Below, piece by piece: positions 17,906 through 28,500 of a stretch of DNA of 64,000 nt; the first letter of the stretch is position 1, and each line of letters begins with the position of its first letter. The DNA is taken from positions 64,001-128,000 of the forward strand of contig CAVTRN010000001.1 of assembly GCA_963737155.1 (NCBI GenBank), read 5' to 3'. The position numbers and the translations under genes are program-made. The notes below the pieces were generated by a model. The model was not told the DNA's origin, did not search any database, and was given only the letters and a program-made list of their open reading frames with translations. The DNA is from Nitrospirota bacterium (GTDB taxonomy: Bacteria; Nitrospirota; UBA9217).

Positions 17906-20620
17906 TTAATGAATACCTACGGTAGTGATGGAGCGGGGTTCCGTCCCCGCCGCGACCGGCGTGGACAGGGGTGTGAGCGCCCCGCCCGTGCCAATCGTGT
18001 ACTGTGAGATGGTGCCGTCAACTTCGTTCGCCACGTAGACGTACTGGCCCGTCTGGTCGACCGCGATGGCGTCGGGAAACGTCCCGGCGGGAACGGCAGA
18101 GGGGGTCATGGCCGAGAGCAACCCGCCGGACACGATATTGTACTCTGAGACGGTGCCGCCCTCGTTCGCCGCGTAGACGTACTGGCCCGAGGCAGTGAGG
18201 GCGGCGGGAGCTGCCCCCGCTCCTACCGTGGATGGGGTCAGGAAGGTGAGAATCCCGGCCGTGCCGATCGTGTACTCCGAGACATTGTCGCTGATCAAGT
18301 TGGCCGCATAGACGTACTGGCCCGTTGGGTCAACCGCGATGGCGTCGGGTTCCGACCCGGCAGCGATGTTCGGCGATGCAACGGAGGGCAATGTCAGCGC
18401 CCCGCCCGCGCCGATCCCGTACATCCAGACGGAGCCATCGAGGTTCGCCACGTAGACGTACGGGGCCGTGGGGTCGGCCGCGATGGCGGCGGGCTGCACC
18501 CCGGTTTCAACCGTAGAGGGGGTCATGGCCGAGAGCACTCCACCCGTGCCGATACTGTACTGCGAGATCGAATTGTTGCCGTTGTTCGCCACATAGACAT
18601 ACTTGCCCGAGGGATCGACGACGATGGCATCGGAAGCAGACACCGCGGTGACAGTGGACGGCGTCATGGCCGAGAGCGTCCCGCCCGTGCCGATCGTGTA
18701 CTGATAGACGATGCCGGAGCAAGAGTCAGTCGCGTAAGCATACTGGCCCGAGGGATCGGCCGTGACGGCGGAGGGACACGGAGACCCTGATGGCCCCGCC
18801 GCGACTGTGGGCGGGCTCATGGGGATGAGCGTCCCGGCCGGTGCGATCGTATACTGCGAGATGTTGCCGCTTTCCAGGTTCGCCACATAAGCATAGCCCA
18901 GGGCGGCGCTTGAAGACCATACCGCGTATAGAGTAACGTTGGCCGCAGGCATCGGGAAAGTCTGCCCCGGAGTATAGGTCGATCCGGTCCCGCCGGACAG
19001 CGTGTTCCAGCCCACGAAGGAGTAGCCGGTATTTACGAGGCTGCCCGTGTTGCCAAGCACCGTGACGGTCTGCCCCTCCTGGTAACTGTTTGGGTCAACC
19101 GGGGAAGTACCGCCGGTATTGCCGTTGCCGTTATAGATTACTGAATAGGTGAGTTTGGATGTCCACACTGCATACAGAGTAACATTGGCCGTACCCATGA
19201 TGAATTGCTGGCCCGGCGTATAGGTCGTTCCGGACCCATTCGCCTCCGTATTCCACCCCGCGAAGATGTAGCCGGCATTCACCAGGCTGCCGGTGTTCCC
19301 TAGCACCGTGACGGTCTGCCCCTCCTGGTACCTGTTCGCATCAACCGGGACGCTGCCGCCGGTATTGCCGTTGCCGCTGTAAGTCACGGAATATGCGGCA
19401 GGCGCTCCGAACGCGCCAATCGGGCATACTTGCGTAAGATCGAACCCGCTTTGGTATGTCTCTGACTGGCCGTTGGTGGTGACGGTGATGGACCCGTCGG
19501 AATTGTACGTGATCGTAGTCGCGCCATTGACCGTGAGTTCGCCCCCCGTTGTGTAGCCCAGGGCATCGTCGAACACGATCGGGGCGAGGGTCGCAAAGGC
19601 GAACTGGCCGTTCTTGCAAATTTCCGGGGTGAAGGTTATGCCGAGCGAGCCGCTCACGCTCATTTCCTGCTCCGATGCGGCGCCCGCGGTCACCGCCAGC
19701 TGAAAGTTGGAAAACGTCGCGGTCATGGAATTGCTGCCCGACGAAGAAAGCCAGGATTCGCCGAAGGTGCCGTTCGTCGTGTAGGTAGTCGTCGTCCCGG
19801 TAGCCGAAGTCGACAGAGCATAGGCGTCGGACAGGTTTGTGAGGATCACGGAATAAGTCTGGTCCGTGACAAGGTCATTTATGATCATGCCACCCCCGCC
19901 GATAAAAGCGGTCATCGAGGTCACTGCTGAACCGGAGACCGTCACGGAGACGGACATCGGAAGGCCGGTCATGGTGGTCTCGGAAAGCAGGGTTGAATAT
20001 CCGGGCCCGTAGTCCTTGAGCGTAAAGGCCGTCGATGTCAATGCGCTTCCCAGCGACACGTTCATGACGAAGCCTGACGGCGTGGATCCGAACGTCAAAA
20101 TATCATATTCGCCGTCTGCCTGCACGTCGTTTTCCCGGCATCCTGAGAAGTAGAGGGCGGCGAGGCCCCTGTCGGTGCTTTCGCCCACCGCATAGGATCC
20201 ACCGTCAGCGCAGGTTACGCTCGCGAGTGACGAGAGTTGCCGGATCGTCGCCCCCGCGACGCCGCTTGCGGCGGTGCCAGCCAGGTTTGCCGCGGCAAAC
20301 CTGGCCGTAACATTCACCAGCGTGCTCATCGCCGGACTCCGTTCAAAATTGCCGAAGGTGCCCGGCTGCGGCGCCTGGAGTCCTTGTTCGGCAAAAAGGC
20401 CGATATTCCCGAGATTGCTGAATGCCTGAGTCGTGCCCAGGGCCATATCGATCCCCTGGCTGATGCTTGAAGCCGCCTGAGCGCCCTGCGTGTTATTTTG
20501 TATTGATGTATTCCCGCCGCTGCTGCCGGATGAACTGCTGCTGCTGTGGCAGGCGCCAAGGAATATGACAACTCCCAGAACCAGAACCGCCGTCAATGCA
20601 AAAGAAGCATGCCTTTTCAT
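17906..20620 (-). CDS. Surface lipoprotein: two InlB B-repeats plus lactonase/YVTN-like beta-propeller (paralog 1)
   Basis: RBS GGAGG, lipobox LGAC, repeated P.AIAVDPTGQYVYVAN..ISQY.IG.GG.L blades. Confidence 0.88.
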   Translation of the reverse strand: MKRHASFALTAVLVLGVVIFLGACHSSSSSSGSSGGNTSIQNNTQGAQAASSISQGIDMALGTTQAFSNLGNIGLFAEQGLQAPQPGTFGNFERSPAMSTLVNVTARFAAANLAGTAASGVAGATIRQLSSLASVTCADGGSYAVGESTDRGLAALYFSGCRENDVQADGEYDILTFGSTPSGFVMNVSLGSALTSTAFTLKDYGPGYSTLLSETTMTGLPMSVSVTVSGSAVTSMTAFIGGGGMIINDLVTDQTYSVILTNLSDAYALSTSATGTTTTYTTNGTFGESWLSSSGSNSMTATFSNFQLAVTAGAASEQEMSVSGSLGITFTPEICKNGQFAFATLAPIVFDDALGYTTGGELTVNGATTITYNSDGSITVTTNGQSETYQSGFDLTQVCPIGAFGAPAAYSVTYSGNGNTGGSVPVDANRYQEGQTVTVLGNTGSLVNAGYIFAGWNTEANGSGTTYTPGQQFIMGTANVTLYAVWTSKLTYSVIYNGNGNTGGTSPVDPNSYQEGQTVTVLGNTGSLVNTGYSFVGWNTLSGGTGSTYTPGQTFPMPAANVTLYAVWSSSAALGYAYVANLESGNISQYTIAPAGTLIPMSPPTVAAGPSGSPCPSAVTADPSGQYAYATDSCSGIVYQYTIGTGGTLSAMTPSTVTAVSASDAIVVDPSGKYVYVANNGNNSISQYSIGTGGVLSAMTPSTVETGVQPAAIAADPTAPYVYVANLDGSVWMYGIGAGGALTLPSVASPNIAAGSEPDAIAVDPTGQYVYAANLISDNVSEYTIGTAGILTFLTPSTVGAGAAPAALTASGQYVYAANEGGTVSEYNIVSGGLLSAMTPSAVPAGTFPDAIAVDQTGQYVYVANEVDGTISQYTIGTGGALTPLSTPVAAGTEPRSITTVGIH

Positions 20621-21396
20621 GGAGGCCTCCAATGTTCAATAAAGTACCAACAAATGCTTTGGACCGCAGGCGACGGGCGGCTGAAGTTCTGATTGCCCCG
20701 CCTTTCAGCAATTTACGATGTGCACATTGCTTTTCCCTGATCCCGCAAATAACGCAGGGGGAAAGATACCACAAAAATTCAGAATATTATATATTTTCTC
20801 GGGCGGTTTGTATATCAGTACTTCATCTGTGATGGGCCTGCTGCGCAAGCGGCTTTTTGAGTTCTTCTCCGCGATAGAAGCATCATGAAATCGTGGGGCG
20901 ATTCAGGGCAAAACTGATTCGTGCGGCAAGCTCTGACGGGTAAATTAAACAGGGCGAAAAACACCGCAAGAAATCAGTATTTTATATTTTTTATCGGAGG
21001 CATTGTATTCCAAAATAGCAGCGCAGGTTAAATTCATCAGAGAGCCGGATAAAAGTGCATTCAAGGTCCCGCGGGTCCGTTGTCCTGTGGATCTGTCCCC
21101 GAAAATCGTGCGATAACCGGTCAGAGTGCGAGATAATAGGGCACTCAAAAAAGAGGGCATAAAAGAATGAGGGCAAATGCCTAAAGAGGTAGATGGTCAG
21201 GATGCTGAAGAGGCCGCTTCGGGGTGTAAGATCACGGGTTTTTGCCAGCCGGCGTGCGCAATTTCGTCCCGGGCTGAAAAAGCCATGAACGGCAGAGAAA
21301 AGTAAGGCGATAAGCGGGCAACGGTCGATCATGAATTCCGCCCCGCTTTCCCCTCTTGTCAGCCGCCTGAGGCGGCTTCGATCCAATTAACAAAGA

Positions 21397-21423
21397 GCCC
21401 CGGCGTCCTCCGGACGCCGGGGC
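21397..21423 (-). terminator. Probable terminator after paralog 2
   Basis: GCCCCGGCGTCC-TCC-GGACGCCGGGGC hairpin followed by TCTTTGTT on the minus strand. Confidence 0.7.
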
Positions 21424-21435
21424 ATTCCGCTGTTA

Positions 21436-24141
21436 TTAATGAATGCCTACGGTCACGATGGAGCGGGGACCATACCCTGCCGGGACCGTGGGTGTGGTCA
21501 TGGACGTGAGCGTCCCGTCCAGGCCGATCGCGTACTGCGAAACGGTGCCGTCACCATAGTTCGTCACGTAGACGTACTGGCCCGTGGGGTCGGCCGCGAC
21601 ACCGGTGGGGTCCGTCCCCGCCGCGACCGTAAACGGGCTCAAGGCTGAGAGCGTCCCACCCGAGACGATCGCGTACTGCGTGATTTCGTTTTCGCCGGAG
21701 TCTGCCACGTAGACGTACTTGCCCGAGACCGCGATGATGTCCTCGGCAGCTGCCCCCGTATTGTATGTGGATGGTGTCAGGAATGAGAGAACCCCACCCC
21801 CGCCGATCGCGTACTGATAGATGGCGCCGCTGTAAGCAGTAAAGCTTGGCTCGTAGACGTACTGGCCCGAGACTGCGATGGCTTCCGAGAACGCCCCGGC
21901 TACGATCGGCGCGCCGGTCGCGGATAATGACAGCGCCCCGCCCGCGCCGATGTCGTACAGCGAGATGGTGCCATTGGCTGCGTCATTCGCCACATAGAGG
22001 TACGAGCCCGTAGGATCGGTCGCGAGGGCTGCGGGAGCAGAAACTGCCGCGACCGTGGGCGTGGTCAGGGACGCGAGCGTCCCATCCAGGCCGATCGCGT
22101 ACTGCGAGATGCTTTTGCCGCCTTCATTGGCCACGTAGACATGCTGGCCCGAGGGGTCGACAATGACCGATGTCGGAAAGGCCCCCGCTGCGAACGAGCC
22201 CGGGGTCATGGGTGTGAGCAGCCCACCCGCGCCTATCGTGTATTGGTAGACTTTGTAGTTGTCGCAAACGTCAGTCGAGTAGACGTACTTGCCCGAGGGG
22301 TCGGCGGTGATGGAGTAGGTACACGACCCCGCCGCAACCGTGGGCGTGGTCATGGACGTGAGCGCCCCGTCCAGGCCGATCGTGTACTGCGATATGCTGC
22401 CAAGGTTGGCGGCATTGTTCGCCACGTAGACATAGCCCAGGACGGTGCTTGAGGTCCACTGCGCGACCAGGACGACATCGGACGCCGGCATCGAGAAGGT
22501 CTGCCCCGGCTGATAGGTCGTGCTGATCCCGTTCAACGCCAATTGCCAGCCCGCGAAGGAGTAGCCGGTCTTAACGAGGCCGCCGGTATTGCTGAGCACC
22601 GTGACGGTAGCTCCCTGCAGGTAATTGTTTGAGTCAACCGGAACGCTGCCGGTGGTAGCGGCGCCGCCGTTATACGTCACGGTGTATGTGGGGCTGGTGG
22701 TCCACACCGCGTACAGGGCGACATTTGCCGTGCCCATCGCGAAGGTCTGCCCCGGCGTATAGGTCGTGCCGGACCCGTCGGCCGCTGTGTTCCAGCCCGC
22801 GAAGGAATAGCCTGTATTCACAAGGTCACCGGTATTGCTGAGCACCGTGACGGTCTGCCCCTCCTGGTACATGTTTGAATCAATAGGGACGCTGCCACTG
22901 GTACTGCCGTTGCCGTTATAGGTTACGGTATAGGTGGCGGGCTCGCCGAACGTGGCGGTCGGACAAACCTGTGCAAGATTGTACAGACTGGGATATGTCT
23001 GCGATTGGTTGCCCGTTGCCACGGTGACGGTCCCATCGGAATTGTACGTGATCGTCGTCGCACCATTGACCGTGAGTTTGCCTGCTGTCGTGGTACCCAG
23101 GGAATCATACACGATCGGCGTATTCGTCAGAAATGTGAATGTGCCGTTCTGGCAAAATGCCGGAGTGAAGGCTATGGAAAGCGTACCGCTGACGCTCAAA
23201 GCCTCCGATGCACTACCCGGAGTTATAGCCAGCTGAAAGTTGGTGAACGTTGCGGTCACGGAGTCGCTGCCCGTTGAAGTGGTCCAGGATTCAGCGAAGG
23301 TGCCGTTCATGGTGAGGGAAGTTGTGCCTGAAGTCGAAATAGCGAAGGAATCGGACAGTCTCGTGAGGGATACGGAATAAGTTTGCGCGCTGGCATAATC
23401 ATTGATGCTCATGCTGCCAGCATTGACATAAGTGTTCGCCGCGGCCACTGTTGAACCGGCAAGTGTCAAGGTGAGGCTCATCGGAAAACCGGTCATCGTG
23501 GTCTTCGAAATCAAGGTTGTATATCCAGGTCCATAGTCCTGGAGCGTAAAAGCTGTCGGCGTCAATGCGCTTCCCAGCGTCACGCTCATGCTGTAACCCG
23601 ATGTCACGGGCGCAAATATCTGGATATCGTATTCGCCGTCGACCTGCACATCGTCTTCGCGGCAGCCCGAGAAGAAGAGGGCGGCAAGACCGCCGTCAGT
23701 GCTCTGGCCCAACGTATACGTTCCGCCGTCAGTACAGGTTCCGCTCCCCAAAGACAAAAGATGCGGGGACGTGACGCCGCTTGCTGCGGTGGCAGCCAAA
23801 TGTGCCATGGCGAATTTACTCGTAACGCCGACCAGCCTGCTTATCGCCGGACTCTGTTCATAATTTCCGAAGGCGCCCGGCGATGGCGCTGTGATCCCTT
23901 CCTCGGCGAACCCGATACTGCCGAGATTGCCGAAGGCCTCCGTCATGCCCAGGGCCATATTGATCCCATGGCTGGCGCTTGAAGCCGCCTGGGAACCCTG
24001 GGTGTTATTCTGGATTGTCGTATTCCCGCCGCTGCTGGCAGGTGTACTGCTGCTGCTTCCGCCGCTGCTGCAGGCACCAAGAATTATCACCATGCCAAGA
24101 ACCAGTACCGCAATCAATGCTAATGAAGCATACCTTTTCAT
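21436..24141 (-). CDS. Surface lipoprotein: two InlB B-repeats plus beta-propeller (paralog 2)
   Basis: Same architecture and colinear sequence as 17906-20620; both end TVGIH. Confidence 0.88.
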   Translation of the reverse strand: MKRYASLALIAVLVLGMVIILGACSSGGSSSSTPASSGGNTTIQNNTQGSQAASSASHGINMALGMTEAFGNLGSIGFAEEGITAPSPGAFGNYEQSPAISRLVGVTSKFAMAHLAATAASGVTSPHLLSLGSGTCTDGGTYTLGQSTDGGLAALFFSGCREDDVQVDGEYDIQIFAPVTSGYSMSVTLGSALTPTAFTLQDYGPGYTTLISKTTMTGFPMSLTLTLAGSTVAAANTYVNAGSMSINDYASAQTYSVSLTRLSDSFAISTSGTTSLTMNGTFAESWTTSTGSDSVTATFTNFQLAITPGSASEALSVSGTLSIAFTPAFCQNGTFTFLTNTPIVYDSLGTTTAGKLTVNGATTITYNSDGTVTVATGNQSQTYPSLYNLAQVCPTATFGEPATYTVTYNGNGSTSGSVPIDSNMYQEGQTVTVLSNTGDLVNTGYSFAGWNTAADGSGTTYTPGQTFAMGTANVALYAVWTTSPTYTVTYNGGAATTGSVPVDSNNYLQGATVTVLSNTGGLVKTGYSFAGWQLALNGISTTYQPGQTFSMPASDVVLVAQWTSSTVLGYVYVANNAANLGSISQYTIGLDGALTSMTTPTVAAGSCTYSITADPSGKYVYSTDVCDNYKVYQYTIGAGGLLTPMTPGSFAAGAFPTSVIVDPSGQHVYVANEGGKSISQYAIGLDGTLASLTTPTVAAVSAPAALATDPTGSYLYVANDAANGTISLYDIGAGGALSLSATGAPIVAGAFSEAIAVSGQYVYEPSFTAYSGAIYQYAIGGGGVLSFLTPSTYNTGAAAEDIIAVSGKYVYVADSGENEITQYAIVSGGTLSALSPFTVAAGTDPTGVAADPTGQYVYVTNYGDGTVSQYAIGLDGTLTSMTTPTVPAGYGPRSIVTVGIH

Positions 24142-24773
24142 AGACTCCTCCATTTCTCAGTTAGTAATAATGCCAAAATACAGTAAAACGAAGAAAACGG
24201 AAAGATGTATTTTTGATTACTATTGTTTGCCAAACTGCCATTACACATTGCTTTTGATTGATCTTGTGAATAACGCAGTGAGAAAGATACTATAAAAATT
24301 TAACATATCAGATATTTAATCAAGTGGTTTGTATTGCGGTACTTCAGATATGACAGGTTGAATAGAGCTAGATGAAAAATACTCTAAGAAATGCAGACTT
24401 AATATTTTTTTAAGGAGCGAACCGAATTCAAAAACAAAAAAATTCAGGCTCAATTAATTATATACCCGCATGAGAGCGTATTCAAGGTCCCTGTCGGAAT
24501 TCCGGGAAGGGAGTTCTCCGCTGTGAGCTGCGGGGAGAGCCCCACAAAGGCAACGACACATAACCGGCGTCATTCGTCACCGCGAGAAAATTGGGGGATT
24601 CGTAATACAGCGTGGATTTATATTATTACTCGTCAATATATCGATGGTGATACAGTATTCCAAATAAACCATCGATGGAGGACATAATGAAAGCCGTAAC
24701 CGTTTGACCCAAAATAGCTCCGCGCGATGTTCGAGAAATGCCGAGCATGAGACCGGGTGAAAAAATGCAGGTA

Positions 24774-24917
24774 GTGAATTACCCCGCAGCAAGCTGCGGG
24801 GCATCGGAACTTGAAACCTTAAAAAAGCACAACAAAGAAGCTGAAGACTTATCCTGGCTTCGCCAGGATGTCCTTTTCATCCCAGCAGCAAGCTGCTGGG
24901 TATTTCAGGACTGTTTT
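24774..24917 (-). mobile_element. IS200/IS605-type palindromic mini-element, copy 2
   Basis: Identical to 7590-7733 apart from one A/G; same TTTAT flank. Confidence 0.75.
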
Positions 24918-25500
24918 ATAAACACATTTAGACTTATTGAATCAGTTTTTAAGTAACTTTGGTATTAGATTATTCCTAATAAAAAGCTGTAATTGTATCT
25001 GATATAATAAATCTAAAGTAGATTGAAATAGTTGAGTGTGCCACCCAGTTCACTCGTCGGTTTTAATGCTCAATAAAATAAATTGCAACGAGAAATAATA
25101 TTTATACTGTTATTACACGATAAGTTTCTTTCATATCAAACTATGCAGTTTCTTGGATTGCAGTAATCTTTTCTTTACTTCACAGAGAAATCGTAATTGC
25201 AAGCAAAGGTAGTGCTCAGAAGGGCTTTCTCGTTCACCTAAAGTGCTTCGTGGTCATACTATCGCAGCATTTTTTCCCGTTAGCCTGTAATCCTGTAGCC
25301 CTATTCCTTATAAGAAGGGACAGTACGATTATTCGAATGCATATGCCCCTGCCCCGGGCGCGTACAACTACAATTATTGGAACAACTGAGTCACAGGTCA
25401 GTGAGCGTAGCGTTTTGATCCTTCCGAGGGCGTCCGCTGCAGAGCCGACATGAAGAAAGCCACTCGCTGCATGTGATGTGAGTGGAGATCAACGAGGGGT

Positions 25501-28500
25501 ATGAGGAAACGATTTATTATACTTATGGTGCTGCAGGCAGCAGTCATGCTGCTTTCGACGTGCGGCCAGAAGGGGCCGCTTCCGGCGGCCCCTATAACGC
25601 CGCCCACCGTGACCTCCATCACGCCCACCGATGGGGCGCTGAATGTCTCCGTAACCATAAACAACGGTATCGTGATAACATTCAGCAACGAAATGGATGC
25701 TTCGACCATCAATAACAAAACGATTACGCTTTGCTATAACGGCGAGCAGAGTTCGGTTCCCTCATCGGTTATCTACAGCAACGCGAACGGCAAGTTCACC
25801 GCCGTTCTTTTGCCATCAGTCGTATTGAATCCGAGTACCCTCTACACGGTAACAGTCGCCAATACCGTCATGGACACGACCGGAATCGCCATGTCCGCGG
25901 CATTCACCAGCTCTTTCATTACCGGGGTGACCATGCCGCTCAGGGTCATCGATGTCCAGCCCGAAGACCGGTCACAAAATGTCAGCACGACGACCGCTAT
26001 TTCAATCATGTTCAGTCAGCCTGTCGACCCGTCTACGGTTTCCTCGGACACGATAATACTCAGTACGCCGACTGGAAACGTTCCGGGCAATGTTTACTAT
26101 AATGCGGCGACGGCCTCGGCCACGTTCGAACCCCTGAGTCCTCTTCCTCCCAATTCTATCTACATCGTCAACGTTACAACCGGGGTGCAAACCGTGTCGG
26201 GCACTCCCATGACAGACGCCTTCGTAGCGAGTTTTGTGACCGGAGCAGGACCTGACATTGCAGCTCCCATGGTCATGTCGGCGCTCACCATCCCGTCCAC
26301 CACCGCCTCGGCGGCCGATGTGAACACGCCGATCAGTGTTACCTTCAGCGAACCGATGCTCCTGACGGGCCTCACGCCCTCGTCGATCATCGTCAGTAAC
26401 GGCACGACCGGGATTCCCGGCACGATCATGTATGTCGACAATACGGTCATTTTCATGCCAAGCACGTCCCTTGCACCGTCGACCCTCTATACGGTCAGCA
26501 TCCCCGAAGCGGTCAGCGATCTGTCCCTGAATTCATTGTCGTCCGAATATACCTGGAGCTTTACTACAGAACCAGAGGCCTCGGACAGCGTCCCGCCTGC
26601 CGTCCTTTCCACCTTCCCGACCAGCTCTGCGGTCAATGTGCCAATCTACAACGACGTGGTCGCGCTCTGCAGTGAAGCCGTGCTTACGAGCTCGATCACG
26701 CCGACCACTACCTTTACGCTTGTCGACGGGAACGGAACAAGCATCCCCGGGTGGGTCACTTCCAGCGGCGCCACGCTTGTATTTACGCCTACGCAGCCCC
26801 TGGCATACAGTACAAACTACGTTGCCGAAATTACCTCGCATGCCACCAACCTTGCGGGAAACCCGCTTGTCAGCAATACGTCCGGGGGGTATGCCTGGTC
26901 CTTTACTACCGAGGCCATTGCTACGTTCATCATCACGGCATCGACAGCGGGGGGGAACGGCAGTATCACGCCGTCCGGAGCAGTGATGCTGGTCTCGGGT
27001 GCGACCCAGACGTTCAGTATCACGCCGAATGCCGGCTACCAAATTGCGGACGTGCTGGTAGACGGCGTTTCGGTCGGCGCGGTGGCCTCCTACGCGTTCA
27101 CGAACGTAACGGCGAACCATACGATCAGCGCCAGCTTCTCAATCATCACCAACACCATAACGGCGACGGTATCCAGCGGGAGCGGTTCCATCAGCCCATC
27201 GGGCTCCATGACGGTGAATTATGGTGCAAGCCAGACCTTCACGTTCACCCCGGCTACGGGGTACTCTGTTGCCGGCGTGCTGGTGGATGGCGTTTCGGTC
27301 GGTGTGGTGACCTCCTATGCGTTCAATAATGTAACAACGAGCCACACCATATCGGTAAGTTTCTCGATTGACGCGTTTACGGTGACGTCGTCGGTCACCG
27401 GCAGTAATGGGACCATCAGCCCGTCGACCGCCCAGACGGTTACCTACAATGCGACGACGGCATTCACTGTAACGCCGTCCACGGGATACACCGCCTCCGT
27501 GGGTGGTACCTGCGGCGGCACGCTTAACGGCACCACGTACACGACGAACGCGATCACGGCGAACTGCACGGTTGTGGCGAGCTTCTCGATCAACGGCAAC
27601 ACCATAACGGCGACGGTTTCCAGCGGAAGCGGGTCCATCAGCCCATCGGGCTCCGTGTCGGTGAATTATGGTGCAAGCCAGACATTCACGATCACCCCGG
27701 CTACGGGGTACTCTGTTGCCAGCGTGCTGGTGGATGGCGTTTCGGCTGGCGCGGTGACCTCCTACACATTCACGGATGTTATAGCGAATCACACGATAAG
27801 CGCAAGCTTCTCGATCAAAACGTTTACCGTGACGCCGTCGGTCAGCGGCAGTAATGGGACCATCAGCCCGTCGGCCGCCCAGACGGTTAGCTATAACACG
27901 ACGACGGCATTCACCGTAACGCCGGCCACGGGATACACCGGCACGGTGGGCGGCACCTGCGGCGGCACGCTTAATGGCACCACGTACACGACGAACGCAA
28001 TCACGGCGAACTGCACGGTTGTGGCGAGCTTCTCGATCAACACCAACACCATAACGGCGACGGTTTCCAGCGGAAGCGGGTCCATCAGTCCATCGGGCTC
28101 CGTGGCGGTGAATTATGGTGCAAGCCAGGCATTCACGATCACGCCGGCTACGGGGTACTCTGTTGCCGGCGTGCTGGTGGATGGCGTTTCGGTTGGCGCG
28201 TTGACTTCCTACACATTCACGGATGTCATAACGAACCACACGATCAGCGCAAGCTTCTCGATCAAGACGTATACCGTAACGCCGTCGGTCAGCGGCAGTA
28301 ATGGGACCATCAGCCCGTCGACTGCCCAGACGGTCAGCTACGATTTAGCAACAACATTCACGGTAACGCCGGCCACGGGATACACTGCCGTCATGGGCGG
28401 CACCTGCGGCGGCACGCTGAACGGCAACACGTATACGACGAACGCGATCACGGCGAACTGCACGGTTGTGGCGAGCTTCTCGATCAAGACTCTTACCGTG

